In this document: positions 1 to 11,033 of the stretch, piece after piece
How the letters are laid out: the number at the start of each line of letters is the position of its first letter
How positions within the stretch are numbered: position 1 is the first letter of the stretch
Assembly (NCBI RefSeq): GCF_006345805.1
Contig: NW_021836703.1
Location: 1 to 22,962 of the forward strand
Reading direction: 5' to 3'
DNA from: Octopus sinensis
Lineage: Eukaryota
DNA length: 22,962 nt
Translations under genes and position numbers: made by a program
The notes under the pieces: model-generated
The model's input: only the letters and a program-made list of their open reading frames with translations
Told to the model about the DNA's origin: nothing
Database searches by the model: none

Positions 1-170
1 GTCTCGAGTATAACCAGCCGAAACTGCAAAGATAATCTGGAACTCGACTGACGAAAGAAAACTCCGAATGACCCGTCCTTGTTTCTTCTTGTCCCTTTCT
101 GTATCATCTAACTGCCTGGATGTTTTCTTGTCGCCTGTTGCGTTCTTGTCCCATTTTTTGTATTCTTATA
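1..170 (+). mobile_element. Possible Penelope-like element terminal fragment, cut by the window edge
   Basis: CCAGCC-GAAAC-TGCA (13-26) looks like the 3' half of a minimal hammerhead. CTGACGA at 48-54. Pyrimidine-rich tail shares TGTCCCTTTCTGTA (90-103) with the element near 18970. Confidence 0.3.
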
Positions 171-390
171 TACACAAGGGATTAGTTTCCATTCTATTGA
201 CCCCGTGACCGAAGGAAAGGAAAAAGCAGTCTTGTTTGTATTTGAACGCGGTACCTGAATAAAAGAGCACAAATTTTATCGCCTAAACTGTTAAATTAAA
301 TGTCTCCCGTCTTCATAAAATAGAAATAATAATACATATACCCATACATACACACAATATATTATATATACATATATACATGTTTATATT

Positions 391-766
391 CTTTTATTCT
401 TTTACGTGTTTCATTCATTAGATTGCTGCCATGCTCGGGCACCGCTTTAAAGAATTATAGTCGAATAAATACCATTTATTTTCTAAGCGTGGTACTTATT
501 CTATTATTCTCTTTAGCCGAACCACTAAGTTCCGAGGACGTAAACACACTAACACCGGTTGTCAAGCGGTGGGGGAGAGGGAACCAAACACAGACACAAA
601 GACACACACACACATACGACAGGCTTCTTTCAGTTTGTGTCCACCAAATCCACTGACAAGGCTCTGGTCGGCCCGAGGTTCTAGTAAGACACTTGCCCAA
701 GGTTCCACGCAATGGACTGAACCCGCAACAATGTTGTGGTAAGCAAGGTACTTACCACACACAGCT
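391..766 (-). mobile_element. tRNA-derived SINE with CORE-like domain (family D), near full length
   Basis: Minus strand: GCTGTGTGTGGTAAG (A-box-like), GGGTTCAGTCC (B-box-like), CCTTGGGCAAGTGTCTT (CORE-like), internal (TG)n, tail CCCGAGCATGGCAGCAATC...TGAAACACGTAAAAGAATAAAAG. Confidence 0.85.
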
Positions 767-771
767 ATATG

Positions 772-806
<35 letters not shown>

Positions 807-818
807 ATATATCTATAT

Positions 819-850
<32 letters not shown>
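767..850. repeat. Compound (TA)n-(AG)n microsatellite
   Basis: Read directly. Confidence 0.95.
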
Positions 851-854
<4 letters not shown>

Positions 855-1084
855 CATATATAAGTATAATAAGTAAATATTTAATATACACAAAAGCCTA
901 ACGTGTGTGCTGGTATATATAAATATATATATATACATGTGTATATATTAATACAAATGCATACACATACACATATATATACATGTGTGTGTATGTTTCT
1001 AAGTAATTCCTGTGTTTATCAACACACACATATGTAAGCACTGTGTGTGTGTACGTATGTATGTGTGAATATTTCTATGTTGAA

Positions 1085-1088
<4 letters not shown>

Positions 1089-1130
<42 letters not shown>
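1089..1130. repeat. (AG)n microsatellite
   Basis: Read directly. Confidence 0.95.
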
Positions 1131-1131
<1 letters not shown>

Positions 1132-1270
1132 CTAAAATACTGTTGACGTAATTAAGTAGAGTACTGTCGACCATTTAAGTGAAAACAATTTGGAACAAGG
1201 AAGTTGTTAAAATATAATTAACAGGCCTCTAATAACGGTAGATTTATGTAGTTATAACAATTGTACAGTG

Positions 1271-1273
<3 letters not shown>

Positions 1274-1323
<50 letters not shown>
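1274..1323. repeat. (CA)n microsatellite
   Basis: Read directly. Confidence 0.95.
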
Positions 1324-1325
<2 letters not shown>

Positions 1326-1555
1326 GACAGAGTGAAAGCGAGCATTGAAGTATTTATATTGATGGGAAATACCTTCCGTTGTCTCTCTAGAGAAAGATAC
1401 CCGGAAACAGCCAGAAAATGGCGATTTACGTAAATGTTTTCATTGCAATTAGACCAAAATAACTTCTTAATTCAATGTTTAAATATACGAAATGCTATTT
1501 GTTGCTAAAAGTGGCGTGGTGTCTCGTCTGACTGGGCGTTATAACATGGACGCAA

Positions 1556-1715
1556 TTATATACATATATATATGTGTGTGTCTGTGTGTATATATACACA
1601 TACATATATATATATATGTATGTATGTGTGTATATATATATGTATGTATATATATATATATACAAATATATATATATACGTATGTATACACTTAGCTGTA
1701 TGCACACGCACACAC
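1556..1715. repeat. Compound (TA)/(TG)/(CA) microsatellite
   Basis: Read directly; source of the overlapping YI/CV ORFs. Confidence 0.9.
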
Positions 1716-1759
1716 ATTCTCTACCTTTCTCTTTCTCTCGTAAGCACGCACATCTTTTT

Positions 1760-1920
1760 TTATGGCTGGACCACCACTTTGTGAGGTGTAGTCAAACAAA
1801 TTGACCCCCAATGCTTATTTTGTAATGTTTGGTGCGTATTCTGTCGTTCCATTTTGCCGAACTGCAAAGTTACGGGGGACGCCGTTTGTCAAGTTATGGT
1901 AGTGACAATCACAAAGATAC
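1760..1920 (-). mobile_element. Degenerate 3' fragment of family D SINE
   Basis: TAGTCAAACAAATT, TATTCTGTCG...TTTGCCGAACTGCAAAGTTACGGGGGACG and TTGTCAAG align by eye with 455-570. Confidence 0.55.
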
Positions 1921-2382
1921 CTCCCCCCACCACCACATGCACACTCACGCACACACTTCAATGATTAGTGGTGGGGGCTGAGTGTAGACACAAGATCAAC
2001 GACATAAAAAAGGGAGGCAAATGACCGCAAATATCATGTGATGAAGTGATTTAAGACAAGTCAATTCCGAAGAACAGTGACCAGTGTCCTAGCCGTCCAC
2101 GATGTGGGACCTACAATATTTCATTGTGGTTTCACTTGTATTACTTGCAGTCCATTAATTTTTGAGTCTGGCAACGCAAATACCAAAGTAATTGGATAGT
2201 GGAATCTCTCGAGGAATGTATCCACCTAATATCAACTTCGACCACGCCAATATATTTGTAGGATTGCTTACATTTTTACGAACGGCTTATCTACTACCAA
2301 TTACCAACATTCACAGGTGCTCGACGATAACAAGCGATCTTCAATGTCAAGTATCGAATTCTAAAATTTATCTAACCATCAG

Positions 2383-2592
<210 letters not shown>

Positions 2593-2974
2593 TGTCTGTT
2601 TGTATATATATAGGCTACAGGCGGAGAAGAGCATACTACCACCATGTTCTTAATGATGAAATTAACCACTTTGTCTATATATCTACCCTCCTTGCAATAT
2701 TGGTAAATGAAATAAGTATAAGAATGTGCATTGTCCGTTTAATTAAAAATTTCTATATGTGGCTGAAGATTGCTCGACATTTTAAAACTGATGTAATACT
2801 TACAGTGTTTAATAAAATGAAGTAGCATGAAACGATTATACTACACTACCTTGGATATCCTTGTTACTTATTTTGATTATAATCACCCCATTTGATTTAT
2901 ATGGATAATACCATACCAAATACTGGTGCCTTTAACTAGTACCATATTCATCTGAATCTAAATTTTGCTGAACT

Positions 2975-2975
<1 letters not shown>

Positions 2976-3009
<34 letters not shown>

Positions 3010-3042
3010 TATATATAATATGTTGTGTGTGTGTGTGTGTGT

Positions 3043-3078
<36 letters not shown>

Positions 3079-3080
3079 TG
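2976..3080. repeat. (TA)n-(TG)n microsatellite
   Basis: Read directly. Confidence 0.95.
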
Positions 3081-3359
3081 TGTTTGTCTGCCTGTCTGTT
3101 ACTGTCCGTTTGTCTATCTGCATGTACTCAACGTGTATTATGCATGTATGTGTACATAACTATGTGTAAGTGTAATTCGACATAAATATGTATGTGCGTG
3201 TGTGCAAGCACGCGCCTGTGTATCTGTCTGTCTGTGTTAGAAATTTGTGAATAAATAGAAGCACATAAGCATGTGTACTTATAACTGCATTTGTTTGTGC
3301 GTATGTGTTATTGTATCGTCATAACCATCCTCATCAAGATCCCTTAAATGATGCAGATA

Positions 3360-3841
3360 GCCGTCATGGTGCGACTCCAGACGCTTTCATAGCCAACTGT
3401 CGTCGTCACAGGTCTCAGCTCCCTGTTATATGTAGCAGGTTGGCAGTGTCCTCCGCCAAGGTCGACTTTGCCTTTCATCCTTTCGGGTTCGATAAATTAA
3501 GTACCAGTTACGCACCGGGGTCGATATAATCGACGTAATCCGTTTGTCTGTCCTTGTTTGTCCCCTCAATGTTTAGGCCCTTGTGGGTAGTAAAGAAATA
3601 GGTTGGCAGTGTTCTCACCCGTCTAGTTTTTGATGTCAAACAAAGACATCTTTTTTTTGTTTTGGTTCTGCCTGTCTTTGAACCCCCCACCTGCGCCCTG
3701 AAGAATCTCCCCTCTGCAAGGAGGGGTTCCTGTCTGCCAGCGTTCGTTGTGTATTGTGTACGAGATGTGTAACAGCCTTCTGAAGCCCTTGTGCTCTGAT
3801 TCCGGTATTGGCTTCACTTCGACATACGATTCTAAGAACAT
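3360..3841 (-). mobile_element. Decayed RTE-clade LINE, C-terminal ORF region, interrupted by a SINE
   Basis: Minus translation EHKGFRRLLHISYTIH...EILQGAGGG...DIKN*TGENTANL resembles the RTE post-RT motifs FExxCxRRxLxIxW / ILQGxxxGxRxRG / IKxWTG. Contains stops and indels. Confidence 0.55.
3454..3599 (+). mobile_element. 5'-truncated tRNA SINE (family C) with 17-bp TSD
   Basis: GGTCGACTTTGCCTTTCATCCTTTCGGG body and GTAAAGAAAT tail. Flanked by AGGTTGGCAGTGTcCTC (3437-3453) and AGGTTGGCAGTGTtCTC (3600-3616). Confidence 0.92.
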
Positions 3842-3992
3842 GTCCCCTTATTCCAATCTTTTTTTCAATGATTCCGAAACAAAAAGACAACAGACCCGAC
3901 GTCTCGTGCCGACCATTTTGTTCAGAAAACCACGCAGCTTCATCCGCTCTCCTTTGTTTACATTGCAGTTGTTGCTGTTGATAATGTTAACT

Positions 3993-4352
3993 GTGATGAT
4001 GATGATGATGACGGCGATAATGATGATGATGTGGTTGTGGTGATGGTGATGGCAATGACGTTGGTGACGATGATAATGATGGTAATGATGTTGATGGCGA
4101 TGATGATGATGGTGAGGAGGACGATGATTATGAGGAGGAGGAGGACGATGACAACGACGAGGATGATGATGAAGGTGATGATGATGATGATGATGAAGGT
4201 AATGATGATGATGATGATGAAGGTGATGATGATGATGATAATGATGAAGGTGATGATGATGATGATAATGGTGATGATGATGATGATGATGATGATGGTG
4301 AAGGTGATGATGATGATGATAATGATGAAGGTGATGATGATGATGATAATGG

Positions 4353-4393
<41 letters not shown>
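3993..4393. repeat. Imperfect (GAT)n trinucleotide array with higher-order duplication
   Basis: Read directly; GAAGGT and GATAAT variants recur in a fixed order. Confidence 0.95.
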
Positions 4394-4447
4394 TGTTACT
4401 CGTTAAGTAATTGTGTCACAATGTGTGTTTTGTCTTGTCATAGATTC

Positions 4448-4673
4448 GTGTGTGTGTGTGTATGCTTGTATACAAACGCACACACGCGCACACACATATA
4501 TATATATATATGTGTGTATATGTTTTTGAGTAGGTGTGCATATGTGTTTGTGTGTCTCTATGTATGTGTGTGTTAGTGTGTGAGTGATTGTATGTCTGCA
4601 TGTCTATATGTATGTATATATGTGTGTACGTATATTTATGTGAGCGTGTATCTGTGTGCGTGTGTGTGTGTGT

Positions 4674-4712
<39 letters not shown>

Positions 4713-4720
4713 TGTTTGTG
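4448..4720. repeat. Compound (TG)/(TA)/(CA) microsatellite
   Basis: Read directly. Confidence 0.9.
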
Positions 4721-5106
4721 TATGGTTTGCGTTTGCAATATTCTCGGACTATTTTTATATATTATTTCGTGTGTTTGTTTCGAGTTTAGTTTTAAGACAG
4801 AACAGTCAATGCTCGGTTCCGCTTCTTTAAACAGGCGGCTAATTGCAAAAGGAAGGCTTTCTAAATTGAGATTGGCAGAGAATTAGAGGAGCGCTGTGTC
4901 ACTTCACCATTTCTAGGGAAGAACAGAAACACAAATACCAGCCATAGCAATCACATCGAATGAAAACAACAACAAAAGCAACGCCGCCACCACGCCGCCA
5001 CCACGTATCCAACATCATCACCAGCAACATCATTGTAAACATCATCACTACGGCCACCATGGAAGTTAATCTATTACAAGTCGTATCACGCTCTTTTTAT
5101 CGTTCA

Positions 5107-5509
5107 CTAGCAGTATAACCCGGCTTTGCCCGGGATTAAAGCATACATGTTTTATGTGTGTGTGTGTGTGTTGCCCGTATATCAACAAAACCCCTTTTTT
5201 TTCTCGATGGAAAAAAACAACAAAAGTCTTAACAAAAACTTACTCGTCGCTAGAAAGGGACTTAACTCCTGTTTGCAAACAATGGTGATTTCTCTGACTT
5301 TAAAATTGTTAAGTTTTGGTTGAAGATTTTTACTGCTATTCGCTGCTGCCCCTGGGAAAAGTAAGCTGACGAAAATACAGCTAGGTTCATAACGAATGTC
5401 CTCCTAAAATTGGAGCGACATGCATGCTAATTTGTGGACGTGCATAAATTACATTTACGTACACACACACGCACACACACACACACATCTTGCCTTTTAT
5501 ACATACAGA
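5107..5509 (-). mobile_element. Non-autonomous Helitron
   Basis: Minus strand starts A|TCTGTATGTATAAAAGGCAAG followed by (TG)n. It ends with hairpin CCCGGGC-AAA-GCCGGG (5119-5134) and TACTGCTAG|T. Inserted between A and T with no TSD. Confidence 0.88.
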
Positions 5510-5519
5510 TTTATATTCG

Positions 5520-5846
5520 TGACGAGAAACGTCAATCTTTATGAAATATGGCGGGCTCTCCCGTCGAAGACGACCAACGAGTGTTCAGGTTTTGCCGAAC
5601 GATCTGCACAAATGATTTGTTTTTAGTGATCGAATGTGGGTGCTGTACATTAGCTCGCCCTCGCTCCATCAAATCGATCTTTTTTTTTTAATTCTGAACA
5701 GGTGCACGGTGTACCACGCGTCAGGTGTCGAAGTAACCACAAAGAGAAATGTGTTTTGCGCAAGAACACAACACACCACCTAGTCTAGGAATTGAAACCA
5801 TGATCGTTAAATCGTGAGTGCAGCACCCTAACCACTAAGCCATGCC
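5520..5846 (-). mobile_element. tRNA-derived CORE-like SINE (family B); 3' end approximate
   Basis: Minus strand GGCATGGCTTAGTGG (A box), GGTTTCAATTCC (B box), then GTGTTGTGTTCTTGCGCAAAACAC (CORE-like). Confidence 0.75.
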
Positions 5847-5884
5847 TGTAAAAACAACAACAGGAGGAGGTGGAGGAGGAGACA

Positions 5885-6210
5885 CCTTCGGTCATGAATG
5901 AGCATGGGATTGCACCTAGAGAGTTACCCTCCAAGGTACAAGTCCGGGCAAGGTTGTTTATTGAAGACCAGCAGTCACCCATGCATACCGACCTCTCCTC
6001 TCCACGCAATCGATGTTACCCAAAGGAAAAGCAAAGGGCCCGATACAGCTTGGCACCAGTGACGTCACGACTCATTTCTACAACTGAGTGAACTGGAGCA
6101 ATGTGAAATAAAGTGTCTTGTTCAAGAACACAACACGCAGCTCGGTCCGGGATTCGAGCTCACAACCTCACGATCGTAAACTCGACGCTCTAAACACTAA
6201 GCCATGCACC
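5885..6210 (-). mobile_element. tRNA-derived CORE-like SINE (family A), full length
   Basis: TGGCTTAGTGTT A box, GAGCTCGAATCCC B box, TTCTTGAACAAGACACTT...CAGTTCACTCAGTTGTAGAAATGAG CORE-like domain. About 90% identical by eye to 8443-8764. Confidence 0.9.
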
Positions 6211-6263
6211 TTGGGCCAAAATTATCATTATTATTGTTGTTGTTTTTCAGACCCCACTTCTGT

Positions 6264-6267
<4 letters not shown>

Positions 6268-6297
<30 letters not shown>

Positions 6298-6298
6298 G

Positions 6299-6360
<62 letters not shown>
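6268..6360. repeat. (AAC)n-(AAT)n microsatellite at a SINE tail
   Basis: Read directly; abuts the 3' end of the minus-strand SINE at 6361. Confidence 0.95.
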
Positions 6361-6560
6361 TTTGGTCCAAGGCCAGCAATTTCGGAGGAGGGTGTAAGTC
6401 AGTTACATCCCCACCCTCACCATTGCTTCACTGGTACTTTTTTCCCCCTTGAATGGATGAAGGGTAAAGTCAACTCCGGTAGAATACGAAATCAGAAAGT
6501 AAAGACGGACGAAATGCCGCTAAGCATTTTGTCCGGCATGCTCGCGATTCTACCAGCTCG
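6361..6560 (-). mobile_element. Old diverged family C-related SINE
   Basis: Minus strand CGAGCTGGTAGAATC...ATGCTTAGCGGCATTTCGTC...GTTGACTTTACCCTTCATCC...AAGTACCAG, tail AAATTGCTGGCCTTGGACCAAA. Confidence 0.8.
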
Positions 6561-7513
6561 AATGATGATGATGATGGGAAGGAGGAGGGGTGGATGTCCT
6601 TTCCTATTATTGACAGCCAATGTTTTTATTCACTGAAGGATTAGCAAATAAATTATGTTCCATTTGTGAGACGGGTGTAATAGTCAATCTGCGAACTTTC
6701 GGTATAGGTATCTCTATTTCATGGAAATGGAAGAAGTAAAGAATTGGGTGATTGTTTTCTTCGGTGAAAGAATATTTTTCTTCGAGAGATTAAAAAATTT
6801 AGTAATTTTTTAGTAAATAGAAAATTTGCTGTCGATAATGGGAAAGCACCAATAATAATTTCCAAGTAAGTATAAACAGATAACGACAGATTTCAACAAT
6901 AAAGTTTCAACAACAGCAGCAGCAGCAGCAGCGCAGTAACAACAACAACAACAACGGCAACAAAAAGAAGAGCAAAAAGAACAACACGAATAATAAAATT
7001 GTTTTCTTTTGCCAATCTTTGACACAAATAAATTCACTAGAAGCTGCAACAGTTTTTAATGTCAAACATTGTATCTCCTATTGGTGGAGTTTACGTAAAC
7101 ACGATGGTAATGACTGTAACACTAACTCTGTTTACGTTTGTGTTGATATGGAAGGGTCATTGATGTGGGTAATTGCTTTGCTTGAAATAGAGACTAAATC
7201 GTCTTCCGATCGTCTTACTGTTGAAACGACGCATTGGTAATGTAGTCCTCGATACACTATGCCCGAATACAAAGTAGAAGAGCTAGAAGAAGAACGTTTT
7301 TAATGCGAAAAGGAATCCTGCCGCGACCATATTGTTGTTTTAAGGCTTTGTACGACCAAATAACCTAATATTTCCTTTTTTTTAATTAATACATGAGGCG
7401 TGATATGAGAAAAAATTTGGCTGTTCTTTCTAGCAGTTCGAGCGATCAATGTATCATTGTTGCTACTGTTGTCATTGGTGTTAAATTTATAATCTGATTA
7501 TTTTATTATGTTA

Positions 7514-7908
7514 GGCAGAAACGTTAGCACCCCGCGCGAAATGCGTAGCCGTATTTCGTCTGCGTTACATTCTGAGTTCAAATTCCGCCGTGGTCGACTT
7601 TGCCTTTTATCCTTTCGGGGTCGATAAATTAAGTACCAGTTACGCACTAGGGCCGATGTAATCGACTTAATCCTTTGTCTGTCCTTGTTTGTCCCTTCTG
7701 TGTTTAGCCCCTTGTAGGTAGTAAAGAAATAGGTATTTCGTCTGCCGCTACGTTCTGAGTTCAAATTCCGCCGAGGTCGACTTTGTCTTTTATCCTTTCG
7801 GGGTCGATAAATTAAGTACCAGTTACGCACTAGGGTCGATGTAATCGACTTAATTCCTTTGTCTGTCCTTGTTTGTCCCCTCTGCCCCTTGTAGGTAGTA
7901 AAGAAATA
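7514..7908 (+). mobile_element. Family C SINE head-to-tail dimer
   Basis: Head 7514-7550, unit 1 7551-7732, unit 2 7733-7908. Both units start GTATTTCGTC and end GTAAAGAAATA. Confidence 0.93.
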
Positions 7909-8442
7909 AGTATTATCGTATTCCTCCCATCAGAGTCAGACAGTAAAATAAGTGTCAATCTCCAGTCGTATTCTTTCCAAATTCTCTCTTTCATTTCTGT
8001 CTTTCATTCTTTCAGTTTTATCTTCCACTAATGAGTGGTTCTTGTCTAACTAATTTTCTGCTCCAAGTTTTAGCTAATACGCTTAATCTTATTAAAACTT
8101 TAACGCATTTCTCTAATCTCATAATCCCATACAAATTTTATATCTTCGCTGAATATCCAACTGTATATTGCTTCTCGTTCCCTTTTTAAAGTAATCCTTA
8201 CAGAGGCCGTGCTCCGCTATTCCTTCCTTGGCAACAATAGATTTGGTGATGGAGGTGGGCAGAGAAGCAAACAGCAAAATATAGAGCAACGTGAGTCGAT
8301 GCATCGTTTCGCAGAAACACAAAACGGTTTTAATGACTTTCTTCTGATTCGTAGTTGTTTTCTTTATTGATATAGGATGGTGATGCATTTCTTAGAAGCA
8401 GGAATGTTTGAATTCATGAAAGAGATTGTTTTAAGTTAATCA

Positions 8443-8764
8443 ATGGCTCAGTGCTTAGAGCGTCGAGCTTACGATCGTGAGGTTGTGAGCTCGAATTCCG
8501 GACCGGGTTGCGTGTTGTGTTCTTGAACAAGACACTTTATTTCACGATGCTCCAGTTCACTCAGTTGTAGAAATGAGTCGTGATGTCACTGGTGCCAAAG
8601 CTGTATCGGCCCCTTTGCTTTTCCCTTAGATAACATCGGTGGCGTGGAAAGGGGAGGCCGGTATGCATGGGCGACTGCTGGCCTTCCGTAAACAACCTTG
8701 CCCGGACTTGTACCTTGAGGGTAACTTTCTAGGTGCAATCCCATGATCATTCATGACCGAAGGG
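8443..8764 (+). mobile_element. tRNA-derived CORE-like SINE (family A)
   Basis: TGGCTCAGTGC A box, GAGCTCGAATTCC B box, CORE-like domain. Inverted copy of 5885-6210. Confidence 0.9.
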
Positions 8765-8810
8765 GTTGACTCCCCCTCCTCTTCCTTCTCCTGTTGGTGT
8801 TGTTTTTACA

Positions 8811-8882
8811 GGCATGGCTTAGTGGTTAGGGTGTTGCACTCACGATTCAACGATCATGGTTTCAATTCCTAGACCTGGTGGT
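8811..8882 (+). mobile_element. Family B SINE tRNA head, 3'-truncated
   Basis: Near-identical to the reverse complement of 5775-5846. Confidence 0.85.
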
Positions 8883-9563
8883 CTATTTGCTTTTCCCTTT
8901 GCCTCCTCTTTTATAAAGTCTCCAGTAGCTTCTCTTTGCAGCCATACATCTCTTTCAAGCAGCTTTCCTACTTCTCTGAAGAAATATTACCAGCCCGGGT
9001 GAATCGAGGAGTGTGGGTTTAGATGCTTTGGAAGTTGTTTGCAAGTTATGTGCCTGGCAGAGGCAAGGCCCTATTAATTTAATTTTGGAGAGTTAATGTT
9101 GTTTTCCTCCCAATAGAAAGCTTCCGTGAGTACTGGCCAGGTAATTCAACCAAACATTGGTCAGTGGTTAGTCTATAGGGGATTATTCACGGGGAGAGCG
9201 TAGTGACGTTCTTGTGGGCGGGGTGATTCTACGGCAAAATCATCCGTAAAGTTTATTGTGGAGGTTCTTCGGCTCCGAAGAATATGGAATATTTTCAGAC
9301 ACTCTACAGAATAATAGAGGGAGTTTTTGACTGGTTGAACAAATAAAAAAATAAATAAAATAAAATGAAATAAGTCTACAGACACGGAAGTATTCTCAGT
9401 CAGACTTGTCTGAGAATCATTCAGCGAAACCAGTCATCACATTCTCACAGTCACGCGCGCGCGCACACAGATGCATGTTCCGTGTTCAGTCGATTGTCAC
9501 AAGTAAACTTATGTAAAACAGATGTCGTCGTGTGCAAGACGGATCTATGCCAGCATCGCCGTC

Positions 9564-9745
9564 GCTGGCAGCTTCGTTAGCACGTCGGGCAAAAATGCCT
9601 AGCAACGTTTCGTCCGTTTTTCACGTTCTGGGTTCGAATTCTACCGAGATCGACTTTGCCCTTCATCCTTTCGGGATCGATAAAATAAGTACCAGTTGAG
9701 CACTGGAGGTCGATGTAAACGACTTATTCCCTCTCATAAAAAATT
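9564..9745 (+). mobile_element. Diverged family C-related SINE
   Basis: GCTGGCAG...CGTTAGCACG, GGGTTCGAATTC B box, GATCGACTTTGCCCTTCATCCTTTCGGG, AAGTACCAG. Confidence 0.85.
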
Positions 9746-9762
9746 TACCAATAGAAGCGTAA

Positions 9763-9943
9763 TTCTTCTTCTTCTTCTTCTTCTCCTATTCTTCTTCTTC
9801 CTCTCCTCCTCCCCTCCTCCGCCCTCTCCTCCTCCTGCCCTCCTTCTTCTCCTCCTAATTATCATTCATTATTATCAATATTATTATCATTATTATCATT
9901 ATTATCATTATTATTATCATTATTATTATCATTATTATTGTTA

Positions 9944-9980
<37 letters not shown>
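9763..9980. repeat. Compound (TTC)/(CCT)/(TTA) trinucleotide tract
   Basis: Read directly. Confidence 0.9.
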
Positions 9981-10317
9981 GAGGATAATATGATAAGATA
10001 ATTGTGACATAAAAAAAAAGCAGAGAGAAAAAAAATATTCCCCGAAAGCTGGATTGGTTAAATTTGGTAGAAAGCCATTATATAAAATATGTTACGTGGA
10101 ACAAAGTAGGATGGCGTTAAGAAAGTAGAAGTATGTGAAGTGGCGGGTGGGGGGGGCGAGAGTGTAAGGACGGGTGGAGGAAGAATGGTGTGTGTGTATG
10201 TGTGTGGTGTGTGTACGTGCGTGCGTGCGTGCATGCGAGCGTGTGTGTGCAGGTTGTTTACAGAGCATAAACCCCCCCCACCTCTCTTCCTACTTGAGAA
10301 GAGCAGAAGCGAAAAGC

Positions 10318-10710
10318 AATAATAATAATAATAATGATGATGATGATGATGATGACAGCAACAACAACAAGAATAATGGCAGTCAGCAACTGGAAAATAT
10401 AAAAATGCAACAAAAACGACAGCAAAACTAAAAACAATTCTAGAATAGAGAACCAGCACTAACGACAACAACAAGATCAACAATGACAACAACAACAACA
10501 ACAACAACAATAAATATGACGGCAACAGCAACAACAACAAAGAATGAGAACAACAACAACAACAAGCAAGAAGTACAAAAGAAACGAGGAAAAGAAGAGT
10601 AAGCAAATTTTAAAACCACAACAACAATAAAGAAGAAGAAGAAGAAGAAGAAGAAGAAGAAGAAGAAGAAGAAAAGAAGAAGAAGAAGAAGAAGAAGAAG
10701 AAGAAGAAGA
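10318..10710. repeat. (AAT)/(GAT)/(AAC)-rich low-complexity tract ending in (AAG)n at 10629-10710
   Basis: Read directly. Confidence 0.9.
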
Positions 10711-10995
10711 GTGAAACAAAGAGATGACAGAACTGTTCTCGAAGTAACATATCTAAAAGAATGAGGAATGCCTCGAATTCTGCTGCTCAGCTGTGTAGAA
10801 GGAACTTGTAGTGCCTTCCCGATGCTTTTACATTACAGCTACCAAACATTCCTTCACAATATTGTACTGTTTCAGGATTATTACGAACACACACAAACAC
10901 AACAGCGCCACCGCCAATATTATCATCATCATCATCACCACCACCTACTCTCACCACATAAACGTAATATCTCTCTCTCCATCTCTCTCTCCTCT

Positions 10996-11033
<38 letters not shown>

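Noticed and set aside
2080-2190. RPRCG...H...W resembling a LINE zinc knuckle
   Set aside because: Key cysteines are missing; too weak without a search.
2760-2840. CTGAAGA / CTGATGT...GAAACG hammerhead-like words (similar weak cases at 1385-1415 and 20325-20385)
   Set aside because: Core mutated and stems unconvincing; expected by chance.
4031-4576. 181-aa poly-Met ORF (poly-Asp in another frame)
   Set aside because: Translation of (GAT)n and (TG)n microsatellites; no domain or splice support.
5870-6636. 73-aa and 172-aa ORFs with poly-Asn
   Set aside because: They lie within antisense SINEs and (AAT)n.
7230-7275. TGTAGTCCTCGAT shared with the reverse complement near 16159-16172, plus recurring GCTAGAAA motifs
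   Set aside because: Probably remnants of another old repeat, but too short to delimit.
7498-7830. ORF with an internal repeat
   Set aside because: Antisense reading of the SINE dimer.
8443-8515. tRNA-like A/B boxes here and at 5775-5846, 6140-6210 and 21241
   Set aside because: SINE heads continuing into SINE bodies; no complete cloverleaf seen.
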